IMG/VR virus record: IMGVR_UViG_3300006173_000005
DNA: 64,000 nt
Source: an uncultured virus (IMG/VR IMGVR_UViG_3300006173_000005)
Lineage: Duplodnaviria; Heunggongvirae; Uroviricota; Caudoviricetes
Direction: 5' to 3' (one strand)
Shown here: in pieces, positions 9,438 through 19,538 of the stretch
Layout of the letters: the number at the start of each line of letters is the position of its first letter
Numbering within the stretch: the first letter of the stretch is position 1
Translations under genes and position numbers: made by a program
Notes under the pieces: model-generated
The model's database searches: none
Seen by the model: only the letters and a program-made list of their open reading frames with translations
What the model was told of the DNA's origin: nothing

Positions 9438-9568
9438 AACGTGGACGCAAGTACATCGGGATTGAACTTAAACCTGAGTACTTTGGTGTTGCTTGCAAAA
9501 ACCTGACCGAAGCTGAAAACAATAAGCAGCAAGGAACATTGTTCGACTCTCTACCTGATTTTGTATAA
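9410..9568 (+). pseudogene. C-terminal remnant of an N4/N6 DNA methyltransferase
   Basis: Frame reads SGGEGYESVKRGRKYIGIELKPEYFGVACKNLTEAE, the tail following the FxGxG motif of such MTases; catalytic part absent. Confidence 0.7.
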
Positions 9569-9589
9569 TCGAGCAATTGTTATACAAAT

Positions 9590-9622
9590 AGAATGCACAC
9601 GGGTCGATTGACCCGTGTATTC
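9590..9622. terminator. Convergent terminator hairpin
   Basis: ACACGGGTC GATT GACCCGTGT. Confidence 0.65.
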
Positions 9623-9623
9623 G

Positions 9624-10070
9624 TTATCCGTTAGAACCAGCAGGGGCGACATTTGTAGTAGACGCATCAATGGTCTTAACCAGTGATGTAGTAGCGCCAA
9701 CCGAACTAACGGTGATGGTATTGCTTGACTGTTTTCCGAACAGCGCTAAGAAGAAATCGCGCAGCCCCGGAATAGCGTTGAAAAACCCCCACGCGCTTTG
9801 ATTAGTAAACAGTAGCGCCAGTGCAGTAACGACCAGTAAATACCAACCGTTGCCAGTGGTCGGTAATCCATCGTTGGTGATAAACGTTGCACCTACAATC
9901 AGACCAAAGCAAATGATCGCCGCGACGGTAAACTTCTGCCAGTCAGGGCGCGCGCTATTGCGAAAGAATGGTACGTTATCAAGAAAGAATTTAAGCAAGA
10001 TACCATTCATCGCTTGTTGTGCAACGATGGTTAGTAAGTCGCTTAACGAGAGTGGAAATACGATTTGCAT
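9624..10070 (-). CDS. Putative holin
   Basis: 2-3 TM segments, lies between fibres and lysin; start moved to MQIVFPL. Confidence 0.55.
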   Translation of the reverse strand: MQIVFPLSLSDLLTIVAQQAMNGILLKFFLDNVPFFRNSARPDWQKFTVAAIICFGLIVGATFITNDGLPTTGNGWYLLVVTALALLFTNQSAWGFFNAIPGLRDFFLALFGKQSSNTITVSSVGATTSLVKTIDASTTNVAPAGSNG

Positions 10071-10072
10071 GG

Positions 10073-10237
10073 TTAACTCACTTTCACGAATAGAAGTACG
10101 AATCCGAACGTGAATAGCGCCAAGAAGAAGCACAGCCAATCAGCAGCGCTTAGTCGTTGGCAAATCCACCGCACAAGGGTTGCAAGTGCGGCGGCGAGAA
10201 TGACAATGAGAATAGCGGTCAATGGAAAAGTAATCAT
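10073..10237 (-). CDS. Small two-TM protein (holin/antiholin-like)
   Basis: MITFPLTAILIVIL...; 54 aa hydrophobic. Confidence 0.5.
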   Translation of the reverse strand: MITFPLTAILIVILAAALATLVRWICQRLSAADWLCFFLALFTFGFVLLFVKVS

Positions 10238-10269
10238 TAACGTCTTGTCTTTCTGTCTACAATTGTAGA

Positions 10270-12129
10270 CTACACTCCCTGAACAGATGTTACGAGCAAG
10301 GTTCCCCATGCAACGACTAACAGTGGTAGACCAGTGCTAGGGGTTCCTGTTACTGAGAATGATCCACGATTAATTGAGTATAACATCTCGGTTTGTGCCG
10401 ATGTTAACTCGAATTGCGCCTTAGTTCCACCTGCGATAACCGTTCCAGTTACCGTCAAGAGGGTGTTATTTACCGTTGGCCCTCCGAGTTTCAGCGTACA
10501 ATCGGTGATGGTTGTATCTGGTTGTAACACCGTGAACTCTAGTTGGGTTCCAGTGAGACTTGTGTATTGATTACCCTTGATGATAGACAACACGGACTGC
10601 GTTGCATCAACAGGGCTGATGAAATTAGCGGTGATAGGTACTGTACCAGTGCGCAGGAATGTTTGATAGAGGTCGTCGCCAGCGGAGTTAGCTGGGTAAG
10701 TTCCGAGAATGGTTGACCAGGGGTCTCCGCCGCTGCCAGATGAGCCACCGCCACTGATTACCACTTCGTAGGTCGCATTGCTCGATGGTGTTCCACCGGG
10801 CCAACTAGCTACAGTTGCTACTAGTCCAGAATAACCTGTAATGGGTACGGCCTGTGGACTATTGCTACCAGTCTTAATATGAAGCATTAGCCCCATAAAG
10901 TTGCCAACCGTTCCGGCTTGTAGAGTAAGCGATGTTGCGCTAGATGCTTGCGCTGTACCACTGGCGATGATGATAGATGGAGCAAGTACAGGGTTAGTCG
11001 GGATAGCGGCGATACCATCAGCTTCCGCTTTAATCGCGGCGATATTTGCCCCCGCAAATGGCGTAGCGTCACTCAGGATGTCAGTTGCTTTAGCTGGTGC
11101 ATATAGAGGCTGAGAGGCAGCGAGAGTTACGTTGCCAATAGTTGGTGTATTGGTCAAATTGGTTGTTGTATCGACCAGTGTGATTTCGTTCATGGTTGAT
11201 GTTGGTGTAGCAAGATTGAAGAACTTTTTGAACGCCGCAGCCAGCCAACCGCCAGTTGTTTCAGTTAACGCCGTACCGAGTATTTGCGCAAGGTTAGCGG
11301 AAACAGTAGAAACCACTGAACCTACACTGCCCACTACATTGCCGTTGACGTTTCCGCCGACATTGCCTGTAACTGAGCCTACTGCCCCGGTAACAGAAGC
11401 GGGAGTAGCGGCATTCAAGCTCGTTTTCATCGTTGCAGTGAAATCGCCGTTGGTAGGTGCATTGGTCAAGTTTGTCACAGTGGCAATAGCGTTATCCACG
11501 TTCTTGATAGTCGTACCGGATAAATCTACGACAGCGGTAGGCGCATTGATATGCCCCCAATCTAGCCCGACATAGCCAGCACTACCCGCTGATGCACTGC
11601 CGCCAACGTTGACGACATTTACCCCCAATTGAGCAGAAGAAGTGGATACTGCTGAACCTGCTATATCAACCATATCAGATTTAGCCAGGGCTGATGAACC
11701 TGTACCTGTAAAGTTTACAGGTTGCGTTGTGCCGATATTGGCATTAACTGTTGTCACTGAGGATGTGGATACGCCGTTGATCTGATCGGCATTAGCGGAT
11801 ACGTGAGACAGACCCAAATTGGAGTTAAACGGGTTGTATGCGACAATATTGTATTCTGTGTAATACGGATCGCAACCAGCAGCCGTTGCGTAAATGGTCA
11901 ACGGGCCTAACGTATTACTGTCGGTAGTATTTCCCGCCAGCTTGTATTGACCAGGCAAATTGGTCGAATCTGGTTCGGTGATTGCACCTGATGCAGTAAC
12001 CCCCGCTGCACCATTTTTGCCAAGTTTAACTGTTACCGTTCTTCCAGTAGCAGGAGTAATGTGGTCAATGGATTGCACCATAAAAATGGGGATATTGATT
12101 GTAGATGTCGATTGTTGTATTTCGCGCAT
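10270..12129 (-). CDS. Tail fibre / virion structural protein
   Basis: T/S/G/A-rich, VGSVTGNVGGNVNGNV repeats, position in tail region. Confidence 0.7.
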   Translation of the reverse strand: MREIQQSTSTINIPIFMVQSIDHITPATGRTVTVKLGKNGAAGVTASGAITEPDSTNLPGQYKLAGNTTDSNTLGPLTIYATAAGCDPYYTEYNIVAYNPFNSNLGLSHVSANADQINGVSTSSVTTVNANIGTTQPVNFTGTGSSALAKSDMVDIAGSAVSTSSAQLGVNVVNVGGSASAGSAGYVGLDWGHINAPTAVVDLSGTTIKNVDNAIATVTNLTNAPTNGDFTATMKTSLNAATPASVTGAVGSVTGNVGGNVNGNVVGSVGSVVSTVSANLAQILGTALTETTGGWLAAAFKKFFNLATPTSTMNEITLVDTTTNLTNTPTIGNVTLAASQPLYAPAKATDILSDATPFAGANIAAIKAEADGIAAIPTNPVLAPSIIIASGTAQASSATSLTLQAGTVGNFMGLMLHIKTGSNSPQAVPITGYSGLVATVASWPGGTPSSNATYEVVISGGGSSGSGGDPWSTILGTYPANSAGDDLYQTFLRTGTVPITANFISPVDATQSVLSIIKGNQYTSLTGTQLEFTVLQPDTTITDCTLKLGGPTVNNTLLTVTGTVIAGGTKAQFELTSAQTEMLYSINRGSFSVTGTPSTGLPLLVVAWGTLLVTSVQGV

Positions 12130-13634
12130 CAGGACGCTCCAAATCTTCGACTATGCGACGGCCCGGCATCATCAAACCGCTGACCTGCGAAATATTGCAT
12201 ATCACCATATGAGCTAGTCGCCGCTCTTGTTTTACTGTAGAGATCGTCGCCCGGTGGATTAAATCCAGTTATTGAGGCGACAGCAGACAATGAATTTAAT
12301 CCCGCGAAAAACGTTGAATGAAGTCCTAATGTCAACAGTGGCATCAACAGTAACGGCGGATAGGTTACGCTATTGGCGCCAGCCGTAACCGTATTTCTGT
12401 TTGTCGTATTGCCATAAAAAACATTCCGATCTTCGATAAATTCGGCGGTAGTGGTGGCGACCAGTCCGGTGGAAATAAACACGATGATACAATTATTCAT
12501 TGTTGTGGCTTGCCCAACGGACAATGCATTCTGTACACGCGCCGCATCAATTCCGCCGATTAGGGTGCAGTTTCGTATAAGAATGCCCCCAATCCTGCTC
12601 GACATAAAACCATTGCCTTGACTAGCTAGAATCGCCAGATTATTTTCCAGAAGTATCGCTGTGTTGTCTACCGTTGAGGCGTTTTGCGTTAGCACAGCGT
12701 TCGTATTGGCTGATGATCCGCCGATAAAAAAACACTTGCGGATGGTAATCGCAGAGGGGGCGCTACTATTGACGTTAATGTCATTGCCACCGCAGCCCTG
12801 AAAACCGCACTGTTGAACGATAATGTTTGTACCGGATGTAATACTGATACCATTGGTTGAAGTGGTATCTAAATGGAACCCTATAAAGGTGCGGTAGCTG
12901 TTTGCAATTACGATAGCATTGGCGCGGGTTGTAGTTTGGTCGTTATCGCTACCCGATATGCGCACTTCTCCACCAATCCCATCGGTGTTTACGCCCGATT
13001 CATCAGCAATGTATCGAATGTCCTTCCATGTGGTGAAAGCTAGGCCGGTGAGTGTCGGGCCTGACCACGCCGATGACAGTGTAAGTTGCGTGTTGCTGTC
13101 CACACTTGAAATGATATAGGGCGTTTCTGGCCCCACGTTATAAGCGAGTGACGACCCCGCCGATGGGGACGCTGCTCCACCACCAGGCAGAACAATGGTT
13201 ATGCTGGTTGCACTAGCGACGGCACTGATGGTATATGCGCCTTTTGTGCCGATACGGATGGTTAGTCCAATCATGCTTGACTGGAAATTGCCTGTTGCGC
13301 TCGTAAACGTTCCCGTTCCGTTGGTTACGCCGTCTGTGCCACTGGCGATGACGGTTACTTGGAACATGCCATTGGCAAAGGAATTGCCCGTGAAGGTTGT
13401 ACCTGACCCTGTAACAGTCGCGCTCCCATTGGTCACACTTACTGTGCCAGTCGTGTAGGTACTACCGCCGCTGGTTGTTGTTGTGAACGTTTCACGGAAA
13501 CTGCCAGGAGCGCAATAAACAATATCGCCAGCGGCGACCAATGTCTCAATAGAGGTAAGCGTAAGTCTGCGAAGGGCATAACTTAGTCCCGAATTTGTAT
13601 TATTTCCGCCTGTTCCAACGTAGTACGTGGCTAT
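12129..13634 (-). CDS. Beta-helix (pectin-lyase-like) tailspike/fibre; probable ATA start
   Basis: (M)ATYYVGTGGNN...GDIVYCAPG N-terminus and beta-helix-like repeats; RBS AAGGAGGG 7 nt before ATA at 13634. Confidence 0.7.
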   Translation of the reverse strand: MATYYVGTGGNNTNSGLSYALRRLTLTSIETLVAAGDIVYCAPGSFRETFTTTTSGGSTYTTGTVSVTNGSATVTGSGTTFTGNSFANGMFQVTVIASGTDGVTNGTGTFTSATGNFQSSMIGLTIRIGTKGAYTISAVASATSITIVLPGGGAASPSAGSSLAYNVGPETPYIISSVDSNTQLTLSSAWSGPTLTGLAFTTWKDIRYIADESGVNTDGIGGEVRISGSDNDQTTTRANAIVIANSYRTFIGFHLDTTSTNGISITSGTNIIVQQCGFQGCGGNDINVNSSAPSAITIRKCFFIGGSSANTNAVLTQNASTVDNTAILLENNLAILASQGNGFMSSRIGGILIRNCTLIGGIDAARVQNALSVGQATTMNNCIIVFISTGLVATTTAEFIEDRNVFYGNTTNRNTVTAGANSVTYPPLLLMPLLTLGLHSTFFAGLNSLSAVASITGFNPPGDDLYSKTRAATSSYGDMQYFAGQRFDDAGPSHSRRFGAS

Positions 13635-13654
13635 TGTTATACCCTCCTTTTTGC

Positions 13655-13909
13655 TTAGTTAGCTGGTTCGATACCCAAAATAACAAGCACGGCTTCATAC
13701 GCCAACGCTTCCAGTTTACCTGCCAGCCAACCAGCAGGGAGATTGACGTTGGCAAGAACATTCGGGAAAAGCACTGTTTGCGAATTCGATTGAGGCTGAT
13801 TGTTATCGTCAAGCCATGTTGCTGATATATCAAACGCCCGTTGAGCAATTGATACATTACTTCCAGTCAGACGGCGATTCGTGATAGTTACATTTAGATT
13901 GCTAGCCAT
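13655..13909 (-). CDS. Hypothetical tail-associated protein
   Basis: RBS AGGAG, operon context. Confidence 0.65.
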   Translation of the reverse strand: MASNLNVTITNRRLTGSNVSIAQRAFDISATWLDDNNQPQSNSQTVLFPNVLANVNLPAGWLAGKLEALAYEAVLVILGIEPAN

Positions 13910-13922
13910 TTTTATATCACTC

Positions 13923-14201
13923 CTAGATTACAGGTGGTTCATTAGTTTCGGGCATTGACGAAGCTGGGATCACTATCGACCCGGCAATAGTTCCGCTTTC
14001 GAGACTGGCGATAAATTGACGCAGTTCAGCGATGATCTCTAAGCTCGTTTGATTTTCTTCAAGCGCAGATTGTTTTGCAGCTAATTGCGTTTGAAGATCG
14101 GCTATTTCAGAAGATAATGTAGTGCCTATTTCGGTTAGCTCATTGAAATCATTGTTGAGTATAGCATCTATATCTGCGATTGGATTTACGGTTACTGTCA
14201 T
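13923..14201 (-). CDS. Acidic coiled-coil protein (fibre chaperone-like)
   Basis: RBS AAGGAG; preceded by TGA-TACAAT promoter-like motif. Confidence 0.6.
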   Translation of the reverse strand: MTVTVNPIADIDAILNNDFNELTEIGTTLSSEIADLQTQLAAKQSALEENQTSLEIIAELRQFIASLESGTIAGSIVIPASSMPETNEPPVI

Positions 14202-14237
14202 TAGGTATCTCCTTATTGATACATTGTATCATATAGT

Positions 14238-15623
14238 TTATTGTGCAACATGGTAGGCCCATGCGTATGCGGTTGAGGCTACCAGTCCAGTCGCGCCAGC
14301 GTTGATTGAAAAATCCGTTGTTGTGCTAGAGTAGTACACCATTGTTGCTCCTGAGAGTAATGCAGTAGCGGCATTGGCAGGCGCAAGTATCACAATGGGC
14401 GCTGTTCCGTAGGGAATGTTAAATGTAATAGTCGCTATCACACTAGCGGCGGTGGGTAATGTTCCGGTGGTCGCGTTGACAACGCCAGCCAAATCGGTAG
14501 CCGTAGTTAGTGATACAGTTGGGCCTGTACCTGCGCCTGTACCCGCCGCAATGGTTGGCGCTGCCGTCAATCCAATAAGGTGTTGAACGCCACCAGCGGT
14601 AATATCCCAAACCGCTGCGCCTGTCGATGCGTTTAAACAGATGTATTCTATTTTTGCAGCGGTATCTATCCATTGGCTGCCGACGCCATACCCAAGTGTA
14701 TTGTCATCACTTGTCGTTGGTGCGATGATTGCAGTCAGATTGCTTTTGAGAATAGCGACATTTGCACCGCTTGTAGTCTGCGTGAGATAACCGGGGCCAG
14801 TGGCGCTTAGGTCGCTACCTGTGCCACCATTGGCAAGCGCTACAATCGCTGCAGGGTTGCTACCCCCTAACCCTGTGTTCCATACACGACAATCGGTGAA
14901 ATCGCTTTGAAATGATGCGCCCGATGTCAGTCCAAAGGTTAATTGAACAGCAGCCAACGGAATTTTATTGGTAAAGGTAATCGAATCTAAATCCGCGTCT
15001 GTAAGCGGTACGGCAACAGGCACGCCAGCGCTAACTTCTACGTCAATCAGATTCGTTATTGGATCAACGCCAATCAGTACCCATTGATGCTCTCCACTAG
15101 CAACAGTCATATAGGTAGATAAGTCAAGCGACGGTAGACCGCCGTAGGTTGTACGAATACCGTTGTATTGATATTTGAACGGTTGAACGGTAATGGTCAA
15201 ACCATTATTAGGAATGCAGAGTCCAGTCAGAATTAGCCGTGCGTCTTCATAGTATTCAAGTCCACTGTTTAACGTGTGGGTGTGGGGTGCTACGCCCGAT
15301 AGCGGTACTCCACTAGGGCCAGCATAGGCTTGTGCGAGTACAGGGTCAACGCCAACAATTTTAGGCTGACCGTCCGTTGGGTCGTAGTAAATCCGAACGG
15401 GTGCATCGTACTTGAGCGCTACCCCCTGATTATAGGCGGCGATGGTTGTTCCCTGATCGCTTCCAGACACGATGCGAACTAGCGTGTAGCCAGGGCGTCC
15501 GGGCGCATTGAAGGTTACGGCATTCGTAATAGGGTCAACAGACCCTAGCCGACCAAGAACATATTTCTCTTTGGTCGTTTGATTAAATGCCGCTGTCCAT
15601 GCGCGTTTTAGTGCGTCTGCCAT
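14238..15623 (-). CDS. Tail fibre / baseplate protein
   Basis: Follows tail tip gene; APTTSDDNTLGYGVGSQW and PTIAAGTGAGT fibre motifs. Confidence 0.75.
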   Translation of the reverse strand: MADALKRAWTAAFNQTTKEKYVLGRLGSVDPITNAVTFNAPGRPGYTLVRIVSGSDQGTTIAAYNQGVALKYDAPVRIYYDPTDGQPKIVGVDPVLAQAYAGPSGVPLSGVAPHTHTLNSGLEYYEDARLILTGLCIPNNGLTITVQPFKYQYNGIRTTYGGLPSLDLSTYMTVASGEHQWVLIGVDPITNLIDVEVSAGVPVAVPLTDADLDSITFTNKIPLAAVQLTFGLTSGASFQSDFTDCRVWNTGLGGSNPAAIVALANGGTGSDLSATGPGYLTQTTSGANVAILKSNLTAIIAPTTSDDNTLGYGVGSQWIDTAAKIEYICLNASTGAAVWDITAGGVQHLIGLTAAPTIAAGTGAGTGPTVSLTTATDLAGVVNATTGTLPTAASVIATITFNIPYGTAPIVILAPANAATALLSGATMVYYSSTTTDFSINAGATGLVASTAYAWAYHVAQ

Positions 15624-15630
15624 GATATCC

Positions 15631-18600
15631 CTAGAAGATAGTATCGAACGTTATTATAGAACTTGGCATGTTTCTAATAAATGGAGTTCCAGTGGGTGTT
15701 TGCAATCCATAGCTGCTGTACCACATACTGCCATTGTCAGCCAAGTAGACCTGAATGCGAGACAGGTCGGTTCCTTGTCTTCTTACTCGAATGAAGGTCG
15801 GGCTAGTCAAGTTTTTGACGAATACCCAAGTAAAACCGCTTCCATTCCAAGTGCCTCTGTACAACTTTGGCGTTCCGCTAACGGTTCCAAACACGTAAAT
15901 CATTGTTCCGTAGAACGTGGTAACACAATTGCTTGAAGAAAATGTCATTCCGGCGACAGGCGTTATATCGTATTTAGTACCTGTTGCGCCATCTACCCAA
16001 TAAAGCGTACCGCCACCACTATCGGCGGCGCTAAGTGCAACAACTACATCTGGATTAGTCGCGCTTACTTGAGATACAGAGGTAGACCCACGCCGATAAT
16101 ATGGAATAATTACGCAAACGGCAATCGTGCCTGTAGTGTTGATGAAGTCGCTATATGTTCCACCGAGCGCCGTAGCCTTGCGCACTTTCCCTGAGCACGC
16201 CGAGTAGCTAGTGGCACTACTACTAGATACATCAAAGCCAGCGGTAGTTCCCGATGGATCGCCTACCGCTTGAGGCGTGCTAAATGTCGCGCCGTAATCT
16301 GTGCTTGTAGCAACGGATACGCCTACAGGTGACAGTATCACTTTGGTCAATGTAACCGATCCGGTTTCCGCCGAACTGGGGCTACCCGTTTGCGCTCGGA
16401 CGTTAAGCGTGTTGACCGTTTTGGGAATAATGACAGTCTGCGTAAGGGTTGGCGTAGCGGCAACGTTTGTTCCAGCCGCTACCCCCTGCGTTCCACCAGC
16501 GTCATCCCAAGCTGCCGCCATAATCATTGTGGAGTCGCCTACATATCCAGTAGCAGTAAATGTTGCCTTCACGGAAAGTGGAGTGGTCGGAGTGATTGAA
16601 AGCGAAGCAATAGCAAATAGATTTTCGGTTGGGCCAAAAGAAGTCCCTGAGCATACAAACCCAACGCCAGCAGTATAAGTCGTAGTGCTATTTACATAGT
16701 TAGTGGCAGTCCACCCATAATTACTGATGGTGAAATCATAGGTAGTGCCACTGCCTGAAATAACAGCACCTTCGATTGAAACTGTTCCGGGAATATCTGT
16801 CCCACGAATGATCGAGTAATGACCGTCTTGATCTGCCCCTTTTGACCACGCTGGCGATGCGATAGATATATCAGGTGCATACCACACCGCACTTGTATCA
16901 GTACTACTGTTGTAAGCAAGTATATAACCTGCTAGGCTAGTTGTTGTCGGTATGGGCGCGACAAGCACTTGCTGGATCGCGTACCCCGTTAACGTTCCCG
17001 GTGTAATAGCAATTGATTGCGGCGTAGTGAGATTGATAAAACTACGTAGCATATACGGAATGCTCGTTGACCCCGCAAAAATCTCTTGTCCGGTTAGTCC
17101 CGCTACTTGACCGGGCGGGGTTACATACGCATCTCCTGGATTGGTCGAACCCTGATCGCCTATGGGAGCAGGAGGGGCAGGTGTTGGAATAGGTTGAATG
17201 ACAGGTGGATTGCTATCTACTGGCTGCGGGTCAAGTACCGCAGGAAGTCCAACGGTTTCAACTTCAAGTATCCATTCTACGTCTTTAGTGTTTCCTTCGG
17301 GACTGACGTTGATCGTGGTATTGCATTCCCGAATATAACCACGAACTGAGGTGAATGTTATTTTGCGCTGTGCTGCATAAGCCGCCGTCAGGGTAATGGT
17401 TACCCATTGTCCGTAGGCGGGGTCTACTCCTGCGTTTCCTGTCCATATTGGCCTTACACTCAAATAACTTAGGTTTGAGTTTTCTCTAGCGCGGCGCATT
17501 CCCATACGAACGTATAATTCATTTTCATCGGTAACAAGTTGTTCGTTACGGTCATTGCTATCCTTGCCCTGTCCCGGTGCTCTACCGGGGGCTACACCAA
17601 AAGCGGTAAGCGGCGTAGGCGCACTACTAGCATTGGCGGTACTGGCAATAACCGCTGCGCCTCTATCCCAGTGAGAGCGCGGAGGTCGTTGCCCTGTAAA
17701 AGATAGGTGTTCAATATCCGCTTGGCTAATGGAGACTACGCTAACATTTGTTCGACTGGCAAGTGGCAAAAGCAAGGGATCAGGGCGAATAAACATCATC
17801 CCCTGCTGATTGGACGCCAGATGATAACCAATAGCATTATCGGCAAGTTTCTCTACTTGGCTATAAAGGTCATCAGCGTCACTACCGAGACGACTAAAGG
17901 CGTAAGTGTCACCCGTGTATGTCCAGTAGAAATCAGTCACGAACAATGCGGTACTATGCCAGAACAACAGATAATCGAAATATTTATCCATGTTGGCAGA
18001 TTGCATCTGTATCCATGTCGTAGGAAGCGTCTCGCGGTTGATTTCCTGCGAGAAGCCGGGAAGTGTCGCTAATCTACCAATTACATCCAAACAGCTTAGG
18101 GTAACACTAGTGGTTTCACCAACTGGCGAAGCATCCATTGTGTTAGGGTCAGTCTGATGGTAGCCAGCAAAAAGAATGTGCTCAAAGCCAGTCTGACCGA
18201 TAATGTCCGAAATGACATTGAGACTTCCTGTAGTATTGCCGTAGGTTTCGTCTTGCCACACGATGACTGTAGTGCCGTCTGGATAGGTGTAGTTAGGGAT
18301 ATTGCTCCATACGGTAATATCGCACGTCTGCCCCCCTGCTAGCGCGTTTTTTAGGGGGCTTAGGGTGAAGTTCTCAATAGGCGCATAACCTGAGCCTTTT
18401 TTTGCAGCAATGACAAGTAAATGTCGAGTAGTTGAATGTCCTCCACTATCGGTTGCCGTTAGATGAATATAGCGACGACCTACAGGAAAGGTAACGGTAA
18501 TTTGCGGGGTTGTAGTAGAGCCGCTGGTAATGGTTCCATCGGCTACGTCCCATAGCCACCCCGTAAAACTCGTCCCGCTGACAAGAATACTCAATTGGTC

Positions 18601-19158
18601 GGGCTTGAAGGTACAAGTAATCAGATCGGTGTTAGGGTCAACCAAATTGGCGTAGGCGATACCGCCACCTAAATTGACAATCGGATAGCCGTGATAGCCC
18701 TGTGTAATGTCAATATCCCAATCTTTATAAGTCGTACCGAGTGGTGGCGTAGAGCCGTTGACATCCGTTAATCCATCTGCAATAAATGGGATACGCGCCC
18801 AAACGCGATAGTCGTCAAGTACGGTGATATATGTACCAGCGGTAAGGTCTGCTTCACCATCCTGATAACCCCGCGATGAGCGACCAATGTATATTTTGGC
18901 CGAAGTGGCATTCAATCTAATGCGTCCACGTCCGAGGTCACTAGCTCCCGGTACGCTACCGAAGAGAATGGTCATATCCTTTTTTACGTCAGTATACGCG
19001 CCATAAGTTACTGAACCATATAGAAATTCTGGGGCAGGATACGCTGGTGTCGTTGAAATTTGAGCCAAAAATACAACAGTTGGTGCATCCAGATAGAGGT
19101 ACGCATTGAATTCATAGGGGTTGGTTCGCCAAAGGCTTGGACTGCTGATTTCTGGCAT
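15631..19158 (-). CDS. Large tail tip / hub protein
   Basis: ~1175 aa after distal-tail-sized gene; PKD-like segment; start MPEISSP abuts upstream stop. Confidence 0.75.
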   Translation of the reverse strand: MPEISSPSLWRTNPYEFNAYLYLDAPTVVFLAQISTTPAYPAPEFLYGSVTYGAYTDVKKDMTILFGSVPGASDLGRGRIRLNATSAKIYIGRSSRGYQDGEADLTAGTYITVLDDYRVWARIPFIADGLTDVNGSTPPLGTTYKDWDIDITQGYHGYPIVNLGGGIAYANLVDPNTDLITCTFKPDQLSILVSGTSFTGWLWDVADGTITSGSTTTPQITVTFPVGRRYIHLTATDSGGHSTTRHLLVIAAKKGSGYAPIENFTLSPLKNALAGGQTCDITVWSNIPNYTYPDGTTVIVWQDETYGNTTGSLNVISDIIGQTGFEHILFAGYHQTDPNTMDASPVGETTSVTLSCLDVIGRLATLPGFSQEINRETLPTTWIQMQSANMDKYFDYLLFWHSTALFVTDFYWTYTGDTYAFSRLGSDADDLYSQVEKLADNAIGYHLASNQQGMMFIRPDPLLLPLASRTNVSVVSISQADIEHLSFTGQRPPRSHWDRGAAVIASTANASSAPTPLTAFGVAPGRAPGQGKDSNDRNEQLVTDENELYVRMGMRRARENSNLSYLSVRPIWTGNAGVDPAYGQWVTITLTAAYAAQRKITFTSVRGYIRECNTTINVSPEGNTKDVEWILEVETVGLPAVLDPQPVDSNPPVIQPIPTPAPPAPIGDQGSTNPGDAYVTPPGQVAGLTGQEIFAGSTSIPYMLRSFINLTTPQSIAITPGTLTGYAIQQVLVAPIPTTTSLAGYILAYNSSTDTSAVWYAPDISIASPAWSKGADQDGHYSIIRGTDIPGTVSIEGAVISGSGTTYDFTISNYGWTATNYVNSTTTYTAGVGFVCSGTSFGPTENLFAIASLSITPTTPLSVKATFTATGYVGDSTMIMAAAWDDAGGTQGVAAGTNVAATPTLTQTVIIPKTVNTLNVRAQTGSPSSAETGSVTLTKVILSPVGVSVATSTDYGATFSTPQAVGDPSGTTAGFDVSSSSATSYSACSGKVRKATALGGTYSDFINTTGTIAVCVIIPYYRRGSTSVSQVSATNPDVVVALSAADSGGGTLYWVDGATGTKYDITPVAGMTFSSSNCVTTFYGTMIYVFGTVSGTPKLYRGTWNGSGFTWVFVKNLTSPTFIRVRRQGTDLSRIQVYLADNGSMWYSSYGLQTPTGTPFIRNMPSSIITFDTIF

Positions 19159-19160
19159 CG

Positions 19161-19538
19161 TTAGATTTCCACCATCGCAACGACCAATATTCGACTGTTC
19201 CAGTAGCCACCCTGTTTGCGTGTACCATCGCCTATATAACGGAACGTGCAATTATAGTTTATTGTCGAAGCGTCTGTATACGGAACTTGGACAGTGTTAT
19301 CTGAAAAGTAAATGTCACTTGCGATAGACAGTCCGCACTGAGTAAATACGGCGTTCCATAATGGGTCGTCAAGCCCTGGTTCGTATTCAAGCACTAAATG
19401 CTTACCAAGTAGTGCCAATTGACCGCTAAGTGATGGCTTGACACCAGCAAAGGTTCCCGGCGTCCAGCGTGGCTGCGTAGAAATATCAGCTAGACCGCCT
19501 GTATTGTTATGCCCAATGGCGACTTTCATGTTAGCCAT
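19161..19538 (-). CDS. Putative distal tail protein
   Basis: Small beta-rich ORF immediately after tape measure. Confidence 0.55.
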   Translation of the reverse strand: MANMKVAIGHNNTGGLADISTQPRWTPGTFAGVKPSLSGQLALLGKHLVLEYEPGLDDPLWNAVFTQCGLSIASDIYFSDNTVQVPYTDASTINYNCTFRYIGDGTRKQGGYWNSRILVVAMVEI

